Positions 10,923 through 24,343 of a DNA stretch of 64,000 nt are shown piece by piece. The position numbers and the translations under genes are program-made. Under the pieces are notes generated by a model. That model saw nothing but the letters and a program-made list of their open reading frames with translations. It did not search any database and had not been told where the DNA came from. This DNA comes from Cystobasidiomycetes sp. EMM_F5 (taxonomy: Eukaryota). Within the stretch, counting starts at the first letter, position 1. Each line of letters starts with the position of its first letter. The stretch spans positions 1-64,000 of the forward strand of contig JBPGPT010000036.1 in NCBI GenBank assembly GCA_051047955.1, read 5' to 3'.

Positions 10923-13900
10923 CTAAGCACTCTTTGCCAGACACACTGCCAAGCAGACCGAGTCCGCATGCGAGATGCTCAACTCGAAGCTCTTGATTCC
11001 GGCAGACTCGGCAACCCTTGCAGCATCGCCGTGCAGCTTCACTGATGGACCGCTGGATGACGCAACAATCTCAATGTCCTTCAGTGATGCTCCAGCACCC
11101 TTGCCTTCGGTCTTCAACGACTTGAAGACAGCTTCCTTTGCCGCCCATCGACCAGCTAGAGAAGCTTGAGTGTCAGGAGCCTTTCGGCAGTACTCAAGCT
11201 CAGCGTAGGTGTAGTTCTTTTGCAGGAAAGTGTCATTGTCGGCGGGGATTGCGGAGACGAGCTCGACGTCAGTCCCAACTCCGTGAACATTGGCTGCCGT
11301 GGCAGCTAACTTCGCAGCATTCAACGCATCTGCGCTGACCTGAGCCTCAGGCATCTTAGCCGTAAAGGCGTATGAGCCCTTGGCATCCTTCGAGGCTCTG
11401 GCTAGCGGGTTGAGCAGAACGTCACGCTCCAGTTCTGGAGTGTACGGCGGAGCTTCTTTGAGGATAATGAGGTTGCGGTTGACAAACATGTCGTTGAACT
11501 TGCGGTAGGCAGCATCTTTACGAGCGTTGTTGTCAGACTTGTATTGAGCGTACTCCGCAGGCTCCAATGCAGCGAGCAGATATTCCGGGTGAATAACGAG
11601 TGCTTCTCCACCGACTGAAACAGACGATATAAGCAGTGGACACTATACCTCAACACAGATTGCTTACCTTGGCCAAAACCGAACGATTTCAGGAATCCTG
11701 CCCGAATGCCATCCGTCTGGATCGACCTCGAAGGATAGACCAAGTACTCGAATGCTTGCATCTCTGGAGAAATATTGTCTGCGTTGCGGTTTCCTGGTAC
11801 CATAGCGGATTGGATAGACTGCACGACACCATTCATCATCCAGGCTGCTGCACCACCCTTTGGATGGCCTGTGAGCCATTTCTGCGCGATGACCGGGCAT
11901 GCGTTGCCTCTTGTTCTGCCCAAGTGCTCGAATTGGGTGTTGAACGCATTGCTCTCATTCTTGTCATTAGCTTTCGTGGACGTGCCGTGGAACTAGCGGA
12001 CAATGATCAGCGGCGAACTAAAGTGAGATCCTCCAGGCTCGACTTACCGAAGCGACACCGATGTCATCGATGGTCAAACCCCAGACTGCCAAAGCGCGTC
12101 GAAGTGGCGCAATATTCGGGTCGCTGCCTTCCAGCATGCCGAACGTGGCTTGAGCATCGCGTTCTTGACGACGAGCATCTTTTTGAATCTCCTCGAGGCG
12201 ATGTCCATACTCTTCTTGGCTATAGCTTGCACTCTCGTCTTTCAGCATAGAGATCTCGTTGTCAAGCCATTCCGAGATCTGCTTGCGCCTAAAGCCGAGT
12301 TGGCGCTGTCTGTACGTGATATCAAGGCTGCGCGCTGGTAGCTTGGTCGAAAGTTGACGAGCTGTTGATAGAATACCTCTGCCCGGGGCCGGAATGGAGC
12401 GACCAGCCTTGTCGGTAGCAGTAGCCGTGTATCCAATCACACCATCTATGCCGGACTGTTAGTCCAATACAGCTAATCCACAGAGGTGAAGGCGCTTACA
12501 AATAGTGGCACCCATTTCCAGAGCAGTCTTTGCAGACATAAGGACTTGTACACCGCAACCTTGCGACTCCATGAAACCTGCTCGGGTACTGGTAGTGGGA
12601 CGAGACATCTCGTTTGGCTCCCTTCCGCTCGCAAACTCAGTTTCAGTGTTGCTGGTGGCTTTCATGTTTGCGAATTCGTACGATCCCTCCTCAGAGAAGT
12701 CATCGAAGCCTCCAGCAAACATGACCTTAGCCTTGCCAGAAAGGATGGTGTCACAAGCGATCTCGAGAGACTGCAAAGCTGTTGCGCAAGCACCGACGGG
12801 AATCTTGACAGGACCATTCGACGAGACCAATAGCAGGTTAACCCAACCAGCTACCGTATTAATGAAAGTCTCTTGCAAGATGTCCTTCTGGATGTCCTTC
12901 TCCTCTCGGCGATCTCGGAACATCTTGGAAAGAGATTCCATGCCTCCCATACCGGAGCCGATAGCAGTACCAACTTCAGATGGATGGACAAACTTGTACA
13001 GCTCGTATGGGTCGGTGATGCCGGAAGCCATAAGGGCTTCTGCCACACAGACAAGCGCCCATAGTGCGGTCCTGTCGGTTTGCGAGACAATGTCATCTGG
13101 AATACCGAAGACGCGAGCATCCCAGCCGGTTGGGATCTGGCCGGCAACGAGTCGGTCGAAGCGCACAGACTTGGGTACCAACAATTTGGCTCCCTTCTTG
13201 AATTTGGCGAAGCAGCGATCGCCGTCGACCCAGACATCCACGTTAGCGCCATGTTCGCGCTTGAACTTCTCTGCATCGGCCGGATTGGTTTCAATGGGCT
13301 CCATATCGTGCTGTATCTCAATCTCTTGTGTGAAGCCCTTCTTCTTCGGGTCGTAGCCACGGAAGAGTTCGGGCTCAATGAGACGGACACCCGTGTGCTC
13401 GAGAATCTCCTTTTCGTACTTGGCACGGACGTCCTTGTCGTCGATCGGGTCTTGGGTCTTTGCATCCACCCAGCCAACATATGCTTGTCCGCTCTTCAAG
13501 CGTCCATTGAAATGCTTGATCTTGCCCATAACAAATGCCAGCTCTAGCAAACCTTCGATCGTGAACTGACCCTTCGCTTCCATCTCCCAGCGAGTTCGTG
13601 CCGAACCGAAAGGTCCAACTTCCGCAAACCCAGTACAAACAATGACCTTCTCGAGGTCAATCATTCCGCGCAACTTCGTAAGGTCAGGCTTAGCGTCAAA
13701 GTTCTCAGCCAATTTGGGGAATGGCAACGTAAAGTTGGCTCTCGGTGCAATGTTGACGGTCTGCTGAACACTTTCGGCTTCGCTGCCGTTATAGATCTTG
13801 AAGTCAGCAGAAGTGTCCATCGCAATCGCCCGACGAGTACCAGCGGTCTTTTGCATATCCTCACGGATCTTTGCAGTGAGGATGTGCAGGTCGGCGAGTG

Positions 13901-16900
13901 CACCCATGCCACCATTGAAGTCCGCCCAGACTGGTTCAACTTGAGTGACATCGAACATCAGAGGGTGCATGAGGCCGAGAATGTTGAATGCCATCTCCTT
14001 AGCAGAGAATGTACGGCAACCCAACTCTTCCACTCCGGCCGCAGTCATGTTTGTAGCGCTCATGAGACCAGTACCACGGGTCCAGCCAATGATGGCACCA
14101 GCTATGCACAGATATTGACCCCATGACTCGGAACTCCATCTGTTGAATAGAGTCTCGAGCGATATCTTGGATTCGGAGTACAAGCCATCATTTCCGAAGA
14201 GACCGTGGTTGGGCGACAGCGGAAGGATGACCTGTGTAGGGCGGGTGATGAAACGACGGCTCGCCTTCTTCGTCTTGACGGCACCGAGTAGGCGAAGCAA
14301 GTTGGTAAGCATAACACGGTGCGCAAGTTCGGATTTGTCATCGATACCATCGATTTCTCGACCATTCTCTGGGATAGCAGCGAAGGGCAGGATGAAGTCG
14401 AGATCCATGTCGAGACCGTTGTTTGGGTCAGTCGAGTAGATGTACTCTATCAAGGCATCAACATCCTGCTTGGATCCGCCGTTCCATGGTACGACGGTGA
14501 GACTGGACCCGCGCGATCCACATTCCTGGTAGATAGACTGGTAGTATTCGACAGTGGCGCGAGAGTATCTGGACGTTGTAATGACTACGCGAGCGCCGCC
14601 ACTGAGCAAACCCTTGACGATTTCAACGCCGATCGAGCCTTTCCCAACACCGGTGAGCAGAGCATTCTTGTGCTCGAAAGTTGTACCAGCCGTCGCAATC
14701 TCTTTGAGTATATCCAAGTACAATGATGTGAGCTTGCTGGAATACTGCCATTCTGTCCCGACTTTACGTTTCAGATGGAGAAGCGGCATGTTATCCTCCG
14801 GGACAGGGGTCGGCTCCGGAACATTGACAGGTCGCAAGAATTGATTTGACGATCTGCGGGCTCGGGCTGGCGAACGTGCAGGCGGCGCGGTAAGACTTGC
14901 CGGCACGCTGGTACGTTTGCCCATGCTCTTGACGACTTCGCCGTACAATGACTTGACGTGAGCCATGTGAGCCTTTGATGCATTCGGCTGGGATTTGACA
15001 AGCTTGTACAAATTGGAAATGGTTTCATGAACCTTGTCGAGGTTGACCGTGGGCTGAGCCTGGCTTCCAGCGGCCATCTCGGCCACATATTTCTCCAGAC
15101 GCGAGACGCCCTTGCGGCTGACTTCCTCGTACACAATGTCACCCTTGGCGGTGATAGTGGTCTTGGGTGCAGTTGGGAAGGTAACGTCCTTGTACAGTGG
15201 GGCAGTACCTACGACCTCCTTGATGTTGTCAAGGAGGAGGTAGCCAAATTCTTTTGCCAATTTGTAGTTGGGTCCTTTGTTTGGATCGACCTTGTCCAGA
15301 CCGTACGTCATGAAGTCGACCTACCCGATGTTATCAGCTATCTGCTCAGTATGCAAGTATGGAGCTGTATTGCTTACAAGGGCCCTGTCTGCTCTGTTCA
15401 TGACAATCAGGCAGCGACGTGTAACATCTCGATCAACGGTAGTGAGACGGCCGAATCTGAATAAATAGCGCGGATCAGTTGGAATGACTTTCGAAGCCAC
15501 GCATGAATCGACCTACATAATGTCATATAAGAGGCACAGCGCGTCTTGTCGTACCCAGTTGAAGGAGGAGTTGAAGTGACGGGCCTTGAGTGGCTCGAAG
15601 CTTGGCTGAATGCCATTGATGTAGGCCTCGCCGTGCTCGCGATTGATAGCATCGAGCTGAGCTTGTAAGACTTCGGCATCGACTTTCTGCTTGTCGGCCA
15701 GTCTGAAACCCTCGCGGCCGTCTCTGTTGAGATAGCGCAAAAGGACGTCGACTTGCTGACTGACAAACTCGTCTTGGTGAGCTTGAACCTTTTTGAGGGC
15801 TTCTGAATCGACGACAGCACCGCCGCCTCCTCCTCCACCTCCGCCCGCGGCGCCTGCCGACGCCAACGAGACACCAGCTTGCTGAGCATACGAAGTGGCA
15901 ACACCGTCAAGCCATGCTTGAGCTTCGCCTTCCGAACCGAGGCGTTTCGGTGGTTCCATGGTGAGCGCAACAAGCAGGGCACCATCAGTGCGACCTGGTC
16001 CGAGGCCCTTCTTGCCAAGATGTGCTCGAACAGCCGAAATACCGAAGCCACCTGGCAACTTGCTGCCAACCATACGGGAAACGAGACCATTCGTATGCTT
16101 TCCGAGTGTACCGGAGTAGCCGACATTTAGCGCGGCGCCCAATTCTTCGAGCGGTAGCTCTTCGCCCTTCTCGGGTGCTGAGCTGAATTCTGCTTGCAAG
16201 TCTCCGAGAATTTCATTTTGTAATGTAGACTTTCCTCCTACCATGTCCTTGATGTTCTTGGACAGTGAGATTTCCCCGATGCTCTTCTTCAGCTTCTGAG
16301 CGATGATGACGCGGAGAGTGTCCACAGCCTTCAATGGCTCGTCAGCGATAGCTGCAACGGGGCCTGCGGGCGCTGCGGCAACAGGAGCAGATGCCGCGAC
16401 CGGTGCAGCTGCGACTGGAGCTGGTGCAGCAGCTGCTGGAGCTTCTGCAGCCGGTGCGGCAGGTGCCTCATCCTCGCGGATGTAGTATATATCAGGCTGA
16501 TTTTTTGCGACATTGTAGATCTGGCGCGTGAGACTGGTAGAATCGTCGTTGCCTTGGTATTTGGCTTTGAGCGTACGTTGAGCCATACCGGTGAGGGTTG
16601 GGCCTGGGCCGATTTCAATGAGGCGTTCGAAATTGAACTGCTTGAACAGGACATCCTGTGTCTCAATCCATCTTACAGGCGATGCGAACTGATAAGCGAG
16701 AAGCTCGACAAGGATAATGTACCCGAGCTTTGCGCGATTCTCCGGGGCCTCCCAATTATCTGCAGTCCAGCCCTTGAGGACCTTGTCTAATCTTGGCGAG
16801 TCTGTCTGGCCAAACACGAGCTCTGCGTACTCTTTGTCGATTCGGAATGGTAGAGCAGTCAAGTTTGGAATGTATCGGCCAACTAAGAGTTCGGGATTCA

Positions 16901-19704
16901 GATCTGCAGGACTGATCTTCTTTGAAAGGTAGGTGCGGAAAGGAAGTACACCTGCCCATAAGTAGCGAGAGTGGAAAGGCACATCGATGCCTGGAAGAGG
17001 GATGGTAGCGAAGCCTCTCTCGAGCTTGAGGTGACCGCCCTGCTTTTGTTGAGCCTCCTTTGCTTTCTCGAAGCACTCGTCTACAATATCGGCCAAATGT
17101 TCTTTCACCTGCTCGATGCTCATCATCTCGGTGAGCTGCTTGAGATCGATCTTCTTCATTTTCATAAAGTTGAGAACATTGGCTAGAGCTTGCAGGGCGA
17201 CCAGCTCTCCTGCAGCAACGTACTGCTGACCATCGACATTGTAATTGACAATCTGCAGCAATGTCTCTGTGCGTTTTGAGATAGTGTCAACGACCTCTCT
17301 GAGAGCGGCATCGGTAAAGGTCTTTCCAATACGGGACGGGTTGACAGCGACCATTGCATAATTTGAGCGATTCTGAGAATCACGCTCGACAGCACGCTGC
17401 ATGGTAATACCACGATAGAAGACGACATCGACGAGCGCAGAGATGGGCAGAACTTCGGCGATAGAGGCAAGAGCAGAGTATTCTCCGAGAGAGTGGCCTG
17501 CGAAGGGCGCGCCATCCTGGACGAGGCCCTTTGCCCGCATATCCTCGAATGCGGCCTTTTCAGTGACGACTAGCGCAATCTGCGCGAATTGCGTAGCAAA
17601 GAGCAGACCAGTAGGGGATGTAAAGGTATATCTGGATGTACGGAGATCGATGTCTGGGAAGAGCGGCAAAGTCTTCATATTGCCCTGCTTGTCGGCTGTG
17701 ACGTACGTCATGTCCATGTATCGCTGGCGGATACGCTGACCCTTGAGACCACCAAAGTGAACTGTAAGTTCTTGAGGGTTGTGCTTGACAATGTCGATAA
17801 TCGAGAAGCCGTACACATCTCCAAGATGCTCGTCCGCCTTGTCCCATACCTTGCGCGCGACTTCTGAGCTCGTGTACAGCTCCATACCCATACCTGGTTC
17901 CTGCGAACCTTGTCCTGTGAAGACGTAGGCTGTAGGAGCTTGCGATACCTCTGCCTGCCCTACTAGCACTTTAGTGCCCGAGGCGACATCGATAGTACTG
18001 ACTTCGATGAGCTTGTTGCCATCCTTTTGTCCAATATGCTTGAGGACGACATGCAGTTCCGAGTTTGGCAGGATCATCGACGTAAAGCTAGCAGAGTAAG
18101 CCACGACGCGCTCTGGCTTGTTATCGGCTGCAACCTGTTCGACATATTTGCGGGTAGCTGCAGACGACCACATGCCGTGCGTAATGGTGCCAGGCAGGTT
18201 GGCATAATCGGAGAAGTAGGGGTTGACGTGGATTGGATTAACATCGCCTGAGATGTCGGAGTAGGCTTGGTTGGATGCGGGTGTTCGGATCACGCAAGGG
18301 CGTTCGGCGGAGGTGATCGTGTAGGGCGATGCGAGCATGACTGGCTGATCCAGCGGGCTACCGTGTCGCTTGAGGTACTCGATGACGGGGTTGCCCTTGG
18401 AGGTGCCCTCTGCAGCATACGAAATCTCTGCCACCTGTGTAGTGTATTTGCCCAGGGGACCGATGGAAGCAGCAACGCTTGCTGATCCAGATACGTTGAC
18501 AGCCGAGTATGAATCTTTAGTCTTGTAGCGATACTCGGATTCCGTGCGGAAGACGAGCGTCGTCCCGGGCGTAAGAGGCTTGCTGTCATCCTGCCAGTCG
18601 AACCACTCCTTGCTCTGCAGCACAGCGACGGAAGCGGGTGTAGACAGAGTGACTGCGTAAGCAGTCTCGGTCTTCTTCTCGAATGTATTGTGGTAGTCGC
18701 TGAATCGGCCGCGGTACAGGAAGGAGCTCTTGACTTCAATGACGGGCACCTTCTTGCCTCCTTTGGTCAATAAGAAGACTGTTCCTCTCACAGACACAGT
18801 CTTGCCGCTGTCGGAATTTGTGACACTGACGATGCGGGATGTGGAAGTCACGCGATCGCCGACTTTGAGTATCGGCGAGTCTTTCAGATGGGTGAAGCCG
18901 TTGGAAAGATGGACCAGCTTGAGCAGGTCTCCGTCAATCTCCTTGGGAAAGATTGCCTTCATGATGGATCTCCATCCCATCTTGATGGCGTCTGTGGGAA
19001 GGAAAGGGGTACGTCAGTCAGAGACGCATCGGACAGAATATATCAATCACTCACAATCCATGGGCACCTCCATACTCTCTCCCATGGATGGCTTGTACGA
19101 CTGCTGCTCATTGCCAACGACTGTGCAGAATCTTGCGACCTCTTCTGCCTTGATTTCGACAGTCTCGCCTTCAAACGAGTCCTCAAGGGACAGCGCATCG
19201 AGGTTGTCTCCGCCTTCGTCGAGTCCCCACAGTTGCCAGTCTGCAACGCAATAATGGTTGAGGAGATGTCACGTGGATGGAACGAGGTCGCAAAGGTTGG
19301 AGATGTATGCCGCGTATAGCGTAGAGGATAGTGGCAGAGAAATTAATGACACCAGTGTCGAATATGACCGGTTGCGTTTGATAAGGTCCATCAGCATAGC
19401 CGAAAAGAATGGCACAAAACGAGACTCGAGCGTCAGCATTTCTCCTCCCACAGAGTAAATCCAACCACCCACAGTGCTGCTTTACCGCCTTGTTGACCTC
19501 TGGCGAGTCGACCTGGTGAATCGGAGCATACGGCGTCTCTGGGGCAAACTTGTACCGCAGGGTGAGCGGGACCGCCCCCCGTTCAGCCGTGTGCTCAAAG
19601 AGCGTCAGCGCAATCTGTCCTGTCGCTGCATCAAACTCGAGCTCCAGCGCTTTCGGGAGGTCTTCGTAGCCGTCCTGCGACTGGTGCTGCTGTTTGCTCG
19701 TCAT
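10923..19704 (-). CDS. FAS2: Fungal type I fatty acid synthase subunit, DH-MPT-ACP-KR-KS-PPT (alpha subunit of the Rhodotorula-type split)
   Basis: DH SGDVNPIHVN..ITHGMW; MPT GHSLGEY; single ACP GGKSTLQNEI; KR LLTGVGKGSIG; KS PVGACATA and TGHPKG; PPT GVGTDVE..WAAKEAVFKSL. No AT or ER domain upstream of the ATG at 19704. Confidence 0.95.
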
Positions 19705-19978
19705 GGCTAGAGAATATCGAGAGATTATCAGCCATTTGTAATCATTCTAATCATTCTAATCATTTTTCGTCGTCCTCACTGTTCTTGTATTCTTATTGTC
19801 TTGTTGGTCTGCTTCCAATCCATCCTCCCATCTCTCGACAATCTCTCAATCTTCGGACCTGCCGAGTCTCAGCCGAGCGGGGGTTGGGGCAAAACTATTG
19901 AATTGCAGACAACAGGCGAAAAGGTCATTGTAATGCTTTGTAATGAATCACAACATCGTGTAATAGAGGACTACTTCC

Positions 19979-20830
19979 TCAGATTTCGAGAACAACCGCT
20001 AGCGCTAAAGTAACACTCAAAGCGGAGAAGGCGGACAATCGACGATGGGCTCCGCTGGTCGCCGTAGATGTAGTCGATGTAGATGTCGCAGCTGGGTCAG
20101 ATGATGTCCCATTGACGAGAATCATGGTGGAAGATGAGCCTGGGGGAGCAGTCGACGAAGCGGATGTTTGCACCAGCGGTCCCGTCGTGATGGCAGCAGC
20201 TAGAGACGAAGCCGTCACATCATCCGGCAGCGGAAATCCCTCGTCTTGACACTCGTCCAACGACTGCTGCATGATTCTCACAGTCTGGCGTTGTTTTATG
20301 AGGTTGTCGGTCATGGTGAGCACGCCAGGGTAGCACTCTCCACATCTAGGGGCACAATTGATTAAAAATGTTATCCATGGGTCCAGCCATCTCCTCGCCT
20401 GTTTTCCGCGACTTACTGCACCATCTCGTTGAATGCCGAGCGAGAGCACATGCAGCCGATATATTTCTTGGCCTTGAATGTCTCCGATGGGCCAGAGCAC
20501 TGTGCCGTCGTTTGCATGTACGAGTCGCAGGCCCTGGATTTGTAAATGTGCAAATTCAGATTAGCATTGCCATACGTTCAGAGGCCACGTAATTACGTAC
20601 GGCACGCAGTGCGCGGGAACGTTGAAGCTGATGGCAGCGCTCTCGTTGCTGTACACCCACTCCTCTGCCTTCGGATCTGGATTACGTGCAATGATAGCAG
20701 ACCGGGCGGCGTACTGCGGGTTCTCAGCGATGACATCGCGTTTGTGGGATGGGGCGGATGGGTCCGAGGCGTGTGCTAGACCTGTAAGTGTGGCGCTTGT
20801 CCAGACAAGGAGGGATAGAGACATAAACAT
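19979..20830 (-). CDS. Secreted 8-Cys (CFEM-like) protein with Ser/Thr tail and GPI-type C-terminus, paralog A
   Basis: Signal peptide MFMSLSLLVWTSATLTGLAHA; VPAHC..C..C..CMC..CGEC..QQSLDEC; hydrophobic C-terminus FSALSVTLALAVVLEI. Confidence 0.75.
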
Positions 20831-21236
20831 GCTGATAATTGTTTGAATTCGTGACCCAGAGCGAGTCGGTCTAATTCGTTTTAAGGAGCGTGAGGAGGAG
20901 GATGGAGAGTTAAGTTGGCGGATTACAGAAACAAGCCATCCAGGCTGGAACGCCAGGTTATACGAGCAAAGCATGGCACAGCCTGAACGACCTTTATCTA
21001 AGGCAGATGGCAGTGTTCATATCGGCAAGGGCGCGAAAAGGCGGGTCACGCCAAGATATGGCCTTTGTATGCCGCATTGATTTAGGACTTGTTGCCGGCC
21101 AGTCGAGGCTACGATTGCCGTGGCAGAGTCAGTCGCAGACATCTACGCTTCGCTTACTGTTTGCAATACTCCAGGACGGCAGATCATATACTTTGTAAAT
21201 CAGCATGGAGATGGCATTACTGAAATGTTACGCTGG

Positions 21237-21950
21237 TCAATTTGATTCCTCGCCTACGCATACAGTACATTCAGTAGTAGCTCGCACTACTACGTGTATC
21301 TGTCGAAAATTGCAGACTGATCCATAACTGCAAGCTGATCCGGTGTTGGTGTGGTTTGTAGTAGTCGACATTGTGGTCCTGCTGCTAGCACACGAAGTTG
21401 TCGGATGCGGCGGCTTGGTCGTAGTGTGCATGCCGGCCATAAGCGATGCAACAGTGCACCCTTTGATGGGATGGCCATCTTTACGGCAGTCATCAAGACC
21501 GTCTTGAAGAATACCCGGCAATCCGCCTTTCGCAAGCGCGAAGACTTCAGGATAGCATTCTGCGCATCTGCGGTGTTACGCAGAGACATCAGCTATATTG
21601 TACTGTATCACATGTAGGAGGACTACTCAACTGGACAATGGAAGCGAAGAAGGGCCTATTGCAGACGCATTTGAGGGGTACATCCCTCGTTTCGTCGTCA
21701 TAGCAGCGCTGTACGGAAGTCGTATATGTCGAACAAGCTCTGCGCAAGTGCGAACGTAGTCAGTCAGTGACCATTGACAGGCTCCATAACGAGCTAGAGC
21801 TTACTGTTTGCATCTCGGAGGTACTGCGATGTCTACAGGCCCGGAGCTTGTGTCGTTGTGTGACGCGTTTCCGCCTGTAGAGTGAGCAGAAACAGCGAGC
21901 GACGCGAAGGATATCCGCAATAGCGAACGGATGATTCTGTTGATGGGCAT
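21237..21950 (-). CDS. Secreted 8-Cys (CFEM-like) protein, paralog A2 (3' end uncertain)
   Basis: Hand-spliced: MPINRIIRSLLRISFASLAVSAHS..VPPRCKQACSTYTTSVQRC..KCVCNRPFFASIVQCAECYPEV..LQDGLDDCRKDGHP; same Cys spacing as its neighbours. Confidence 0.7.
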
Positions 21951-22574
21951 GGTCAACGAAGCTTTTGCTTAGTTGGAGGCTTTGCATGATGCTCTATGGG
22001 CATGGAGTTCACCTCAGATGCCGGCAAATGCCGTGCGGATGTATTGAAAGAAGCTATGTCAGCAACCTTTGTGCTCAGCGAAAGGAACTCATGAAGGGGT
22101 CGAACCTCGACCATCACGACAGCAGCTATCGCTGCAGCCGGCTTCGGCGAATGTGATGAGCAGAGATAGAATTGCGTTACTTTCCTGTGATTAATGAAAG
22201 CCGCGACAGTGCCAAGCGTCATGATGCGTGCTTGTGTGTGCTGGGTGTAACAATCAAAATCTTGTACGCCAAAACTGCTCACGTTGCTGGTGAGAGACGT
22301 GAAGACGATTATGTACCGCCGTTAGACACTACAGCAACTCTGAACTAAAGACGCCGTCAGCTCGAAAGAGGAGGGCATCACGTCCAGACCGAATGGATCT
22401 CATTGGCGACTTTTCGAAGGTTAGGCAAAAGAGACACGGCATCTCGTCTCTCAGCGTACGGTGGAAGCATGTAAGCATAACGTAGTCTACACCACATCGC
22501 GATGTACACAAGTGTCCGTGGAAGGTCATGGAGTCAGATATCCAAAGGACAAAAGAGGACAAAAGGGGACAAGG

Positions 22575-23390
22575 CTAGCCTTGCACTGCAGCGACGAGCA
22601 AAGAGATAGCCATAGCGATACCAGCTGCCGTGAAGCCTTGTGCGATACCAAGTGTCGCACCGCTTGTGGTCGAGGTGGAAGCTGCAGATGCTGTCGACGA
22701 GCCTGTCGAAGATCCAGATCCAGATGAAGGACGTGAAGTTGTAGACCCAGATGACGATCCTGATGCAGATGTACCTGTAGCGGATCCGGCTGAGGACGCA
22801 CCAGAAGAGACTGCAGCTGCCAACCCTGCGGCCGTGACGCCATCGACTGAATGACCTGCTTGAGCACATTCATCGAGGGCTTCCTGCATGCTCGCTTGGT
22901 AGCCTCCTTGCACGCCAGCAAAGTAGGAAGGGAAGCACTGTGCACATGTGGTGATGGCATCAAAGGTCTGCTTGTTGCATACGCAGCCGAGTATCGCTGC
23001 TTCTGCCTGTGTATCGTCCTGAGTGTCGCTCAAGCTGGTTGTTGGAGAGGGTGTCGACACTAGCGAAGCGTTGTCCGTGTAACACTTGGTGGCTGCTTCT
23101 TCGTACGGTGCGCATGCTCTGTAAAGGTAGATCAGTACACGCTACTCAAGCGTACGAAGAATTTCGACCTACTGTTTGCACTGAGCTGGCAAGGCTTCGA
23201 ACCCGGCATCCATCTCGCTGGCTGATTGAGTCGTCTGCTGGCGGGCTACGAGGCCACCAGCGTTACCGTGCCCTCGCAGTCCCATCAAACCATCTCGTCT
23301 AGCGAGTGCGTGGTGCGCTGGCCTGCCGTTGCCATGGCCCGACACCGCCACGACGCAACCAGCGAGGACGAGAGGGAGAGCGAGGAGCAT
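22575..23390 (-). CDS. Secreted 8-Cys (CFEM-like) GPI-type cell-surface protein, paralog B
   Basis: Signal peptide MLLALPLVLAGCVVAVSG; LPAQCKQ..GCVCNKQTFDAITTCAQCFPSY..QEALDEC; Ser/Gly/Thr tail; hydrophobic C-terminus. Confidence 0.8.
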
Positions 23391-23959
23391 TTTGAAGGAA
23401 TGCGAGAGTAGTAGAATAGGGATGTTGTTGAAATCTTCAGAGTCTTTAAATCACTCCGCGTTGGTCCAAGCCAACCCTGCTTTATGTGCATTTCTTTACT
23501 TAACCTCCTCGTCGTCGGCTGCACCCCTTCCCATCCGGGAGCGGTGCGTCGCTGCCAAAGTAGTCGTGGGGATATTTGAGCCATCTAAGGGCTTCAGTCA
23601 GTGGATATCATAATCATCGCTGGATGCTCAGTCTGGTCGCAGTATCGTGCTCGTTTTCCGCGAAAGATTTGGAGTCGAATTGGCTGAGCTGGGGGTGTTT
23701 TATAGTCGACATTGCCATTAGAACAGGATGCTTTCTGGATTAACATTGCTGGCATTGTAATGGTAGCGATACATTCATTAATGTATACTTGCATCAATGC
23801 ATGGCGTGTTGGAAGACAAGAAAGGGCAATTGAGCCAAAGCGGGGAAGTATGGGAAATATGTACACTCTGATCATCCATCTTGCTTACAACAGCAGACTC
23901 ACTACAGAAAGACGGCCCATGGTTGTGATGTGCATACCCCATTCTCAGATACTCGACTA

Positions 23960-24338
23960 AACGCACTCTCAGGCGGCATTTTGCTCTCGATAACCGTGCC
24001 ATCGGTAAAGACAGTGCTTGCGCTGGGTTGTTTCCTGACCCGTGCACTGATAGACTAGACGTCACGCCGTTTGGTAAGACCGAAAGCGGTGGAAGAAGAT
24101 GTGACGGTTGAATCGTTGCCATGATTGGGAAACGAAGACCGTCTGGAGTGAGCACCGAGTCCAGAGAATTTCCCAGCACTCGTCGGGACTGTACTACCCA
24201 TGTATGCTCGTCAATGGGATGTGTCGAATCAGTGCTATGCGAAGCCATCGATGCTGCAAATTGGAAAATTCGAACGGCAGTGAATGCAATACCTGAGACT
24301 GACCATCTACCTACGAGGAAATACTCCGAAATTTCCAT
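23960..24338 (-). pseudogene. Degenerate 3' fragment of the 8-Cys family (paralog C/D type)
   Basis: Retains VLTPDGL and SVLPNG motifs shared with paralogs C, D and E, plus a homologous exon-end/donor context. Lacks a signal peptide and Cys domain and begins a few bases after paralog C's stop. Confidence 0.55.
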
Positions 24339-24343
24339 CGCGT

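Noticed and set aside
11636..19319. Numerous long plus-strand ORFs opposite the FAS gene
   Set aside because: Antisense shadows of a codon-biased gene; no recognisable domains.
19739..19764. Short tandem repeat (AATCATTCT)n upstream of FAS
   Set aside because: Fewer than three copies, within a probable 5'UTR intron; no evidence of function.
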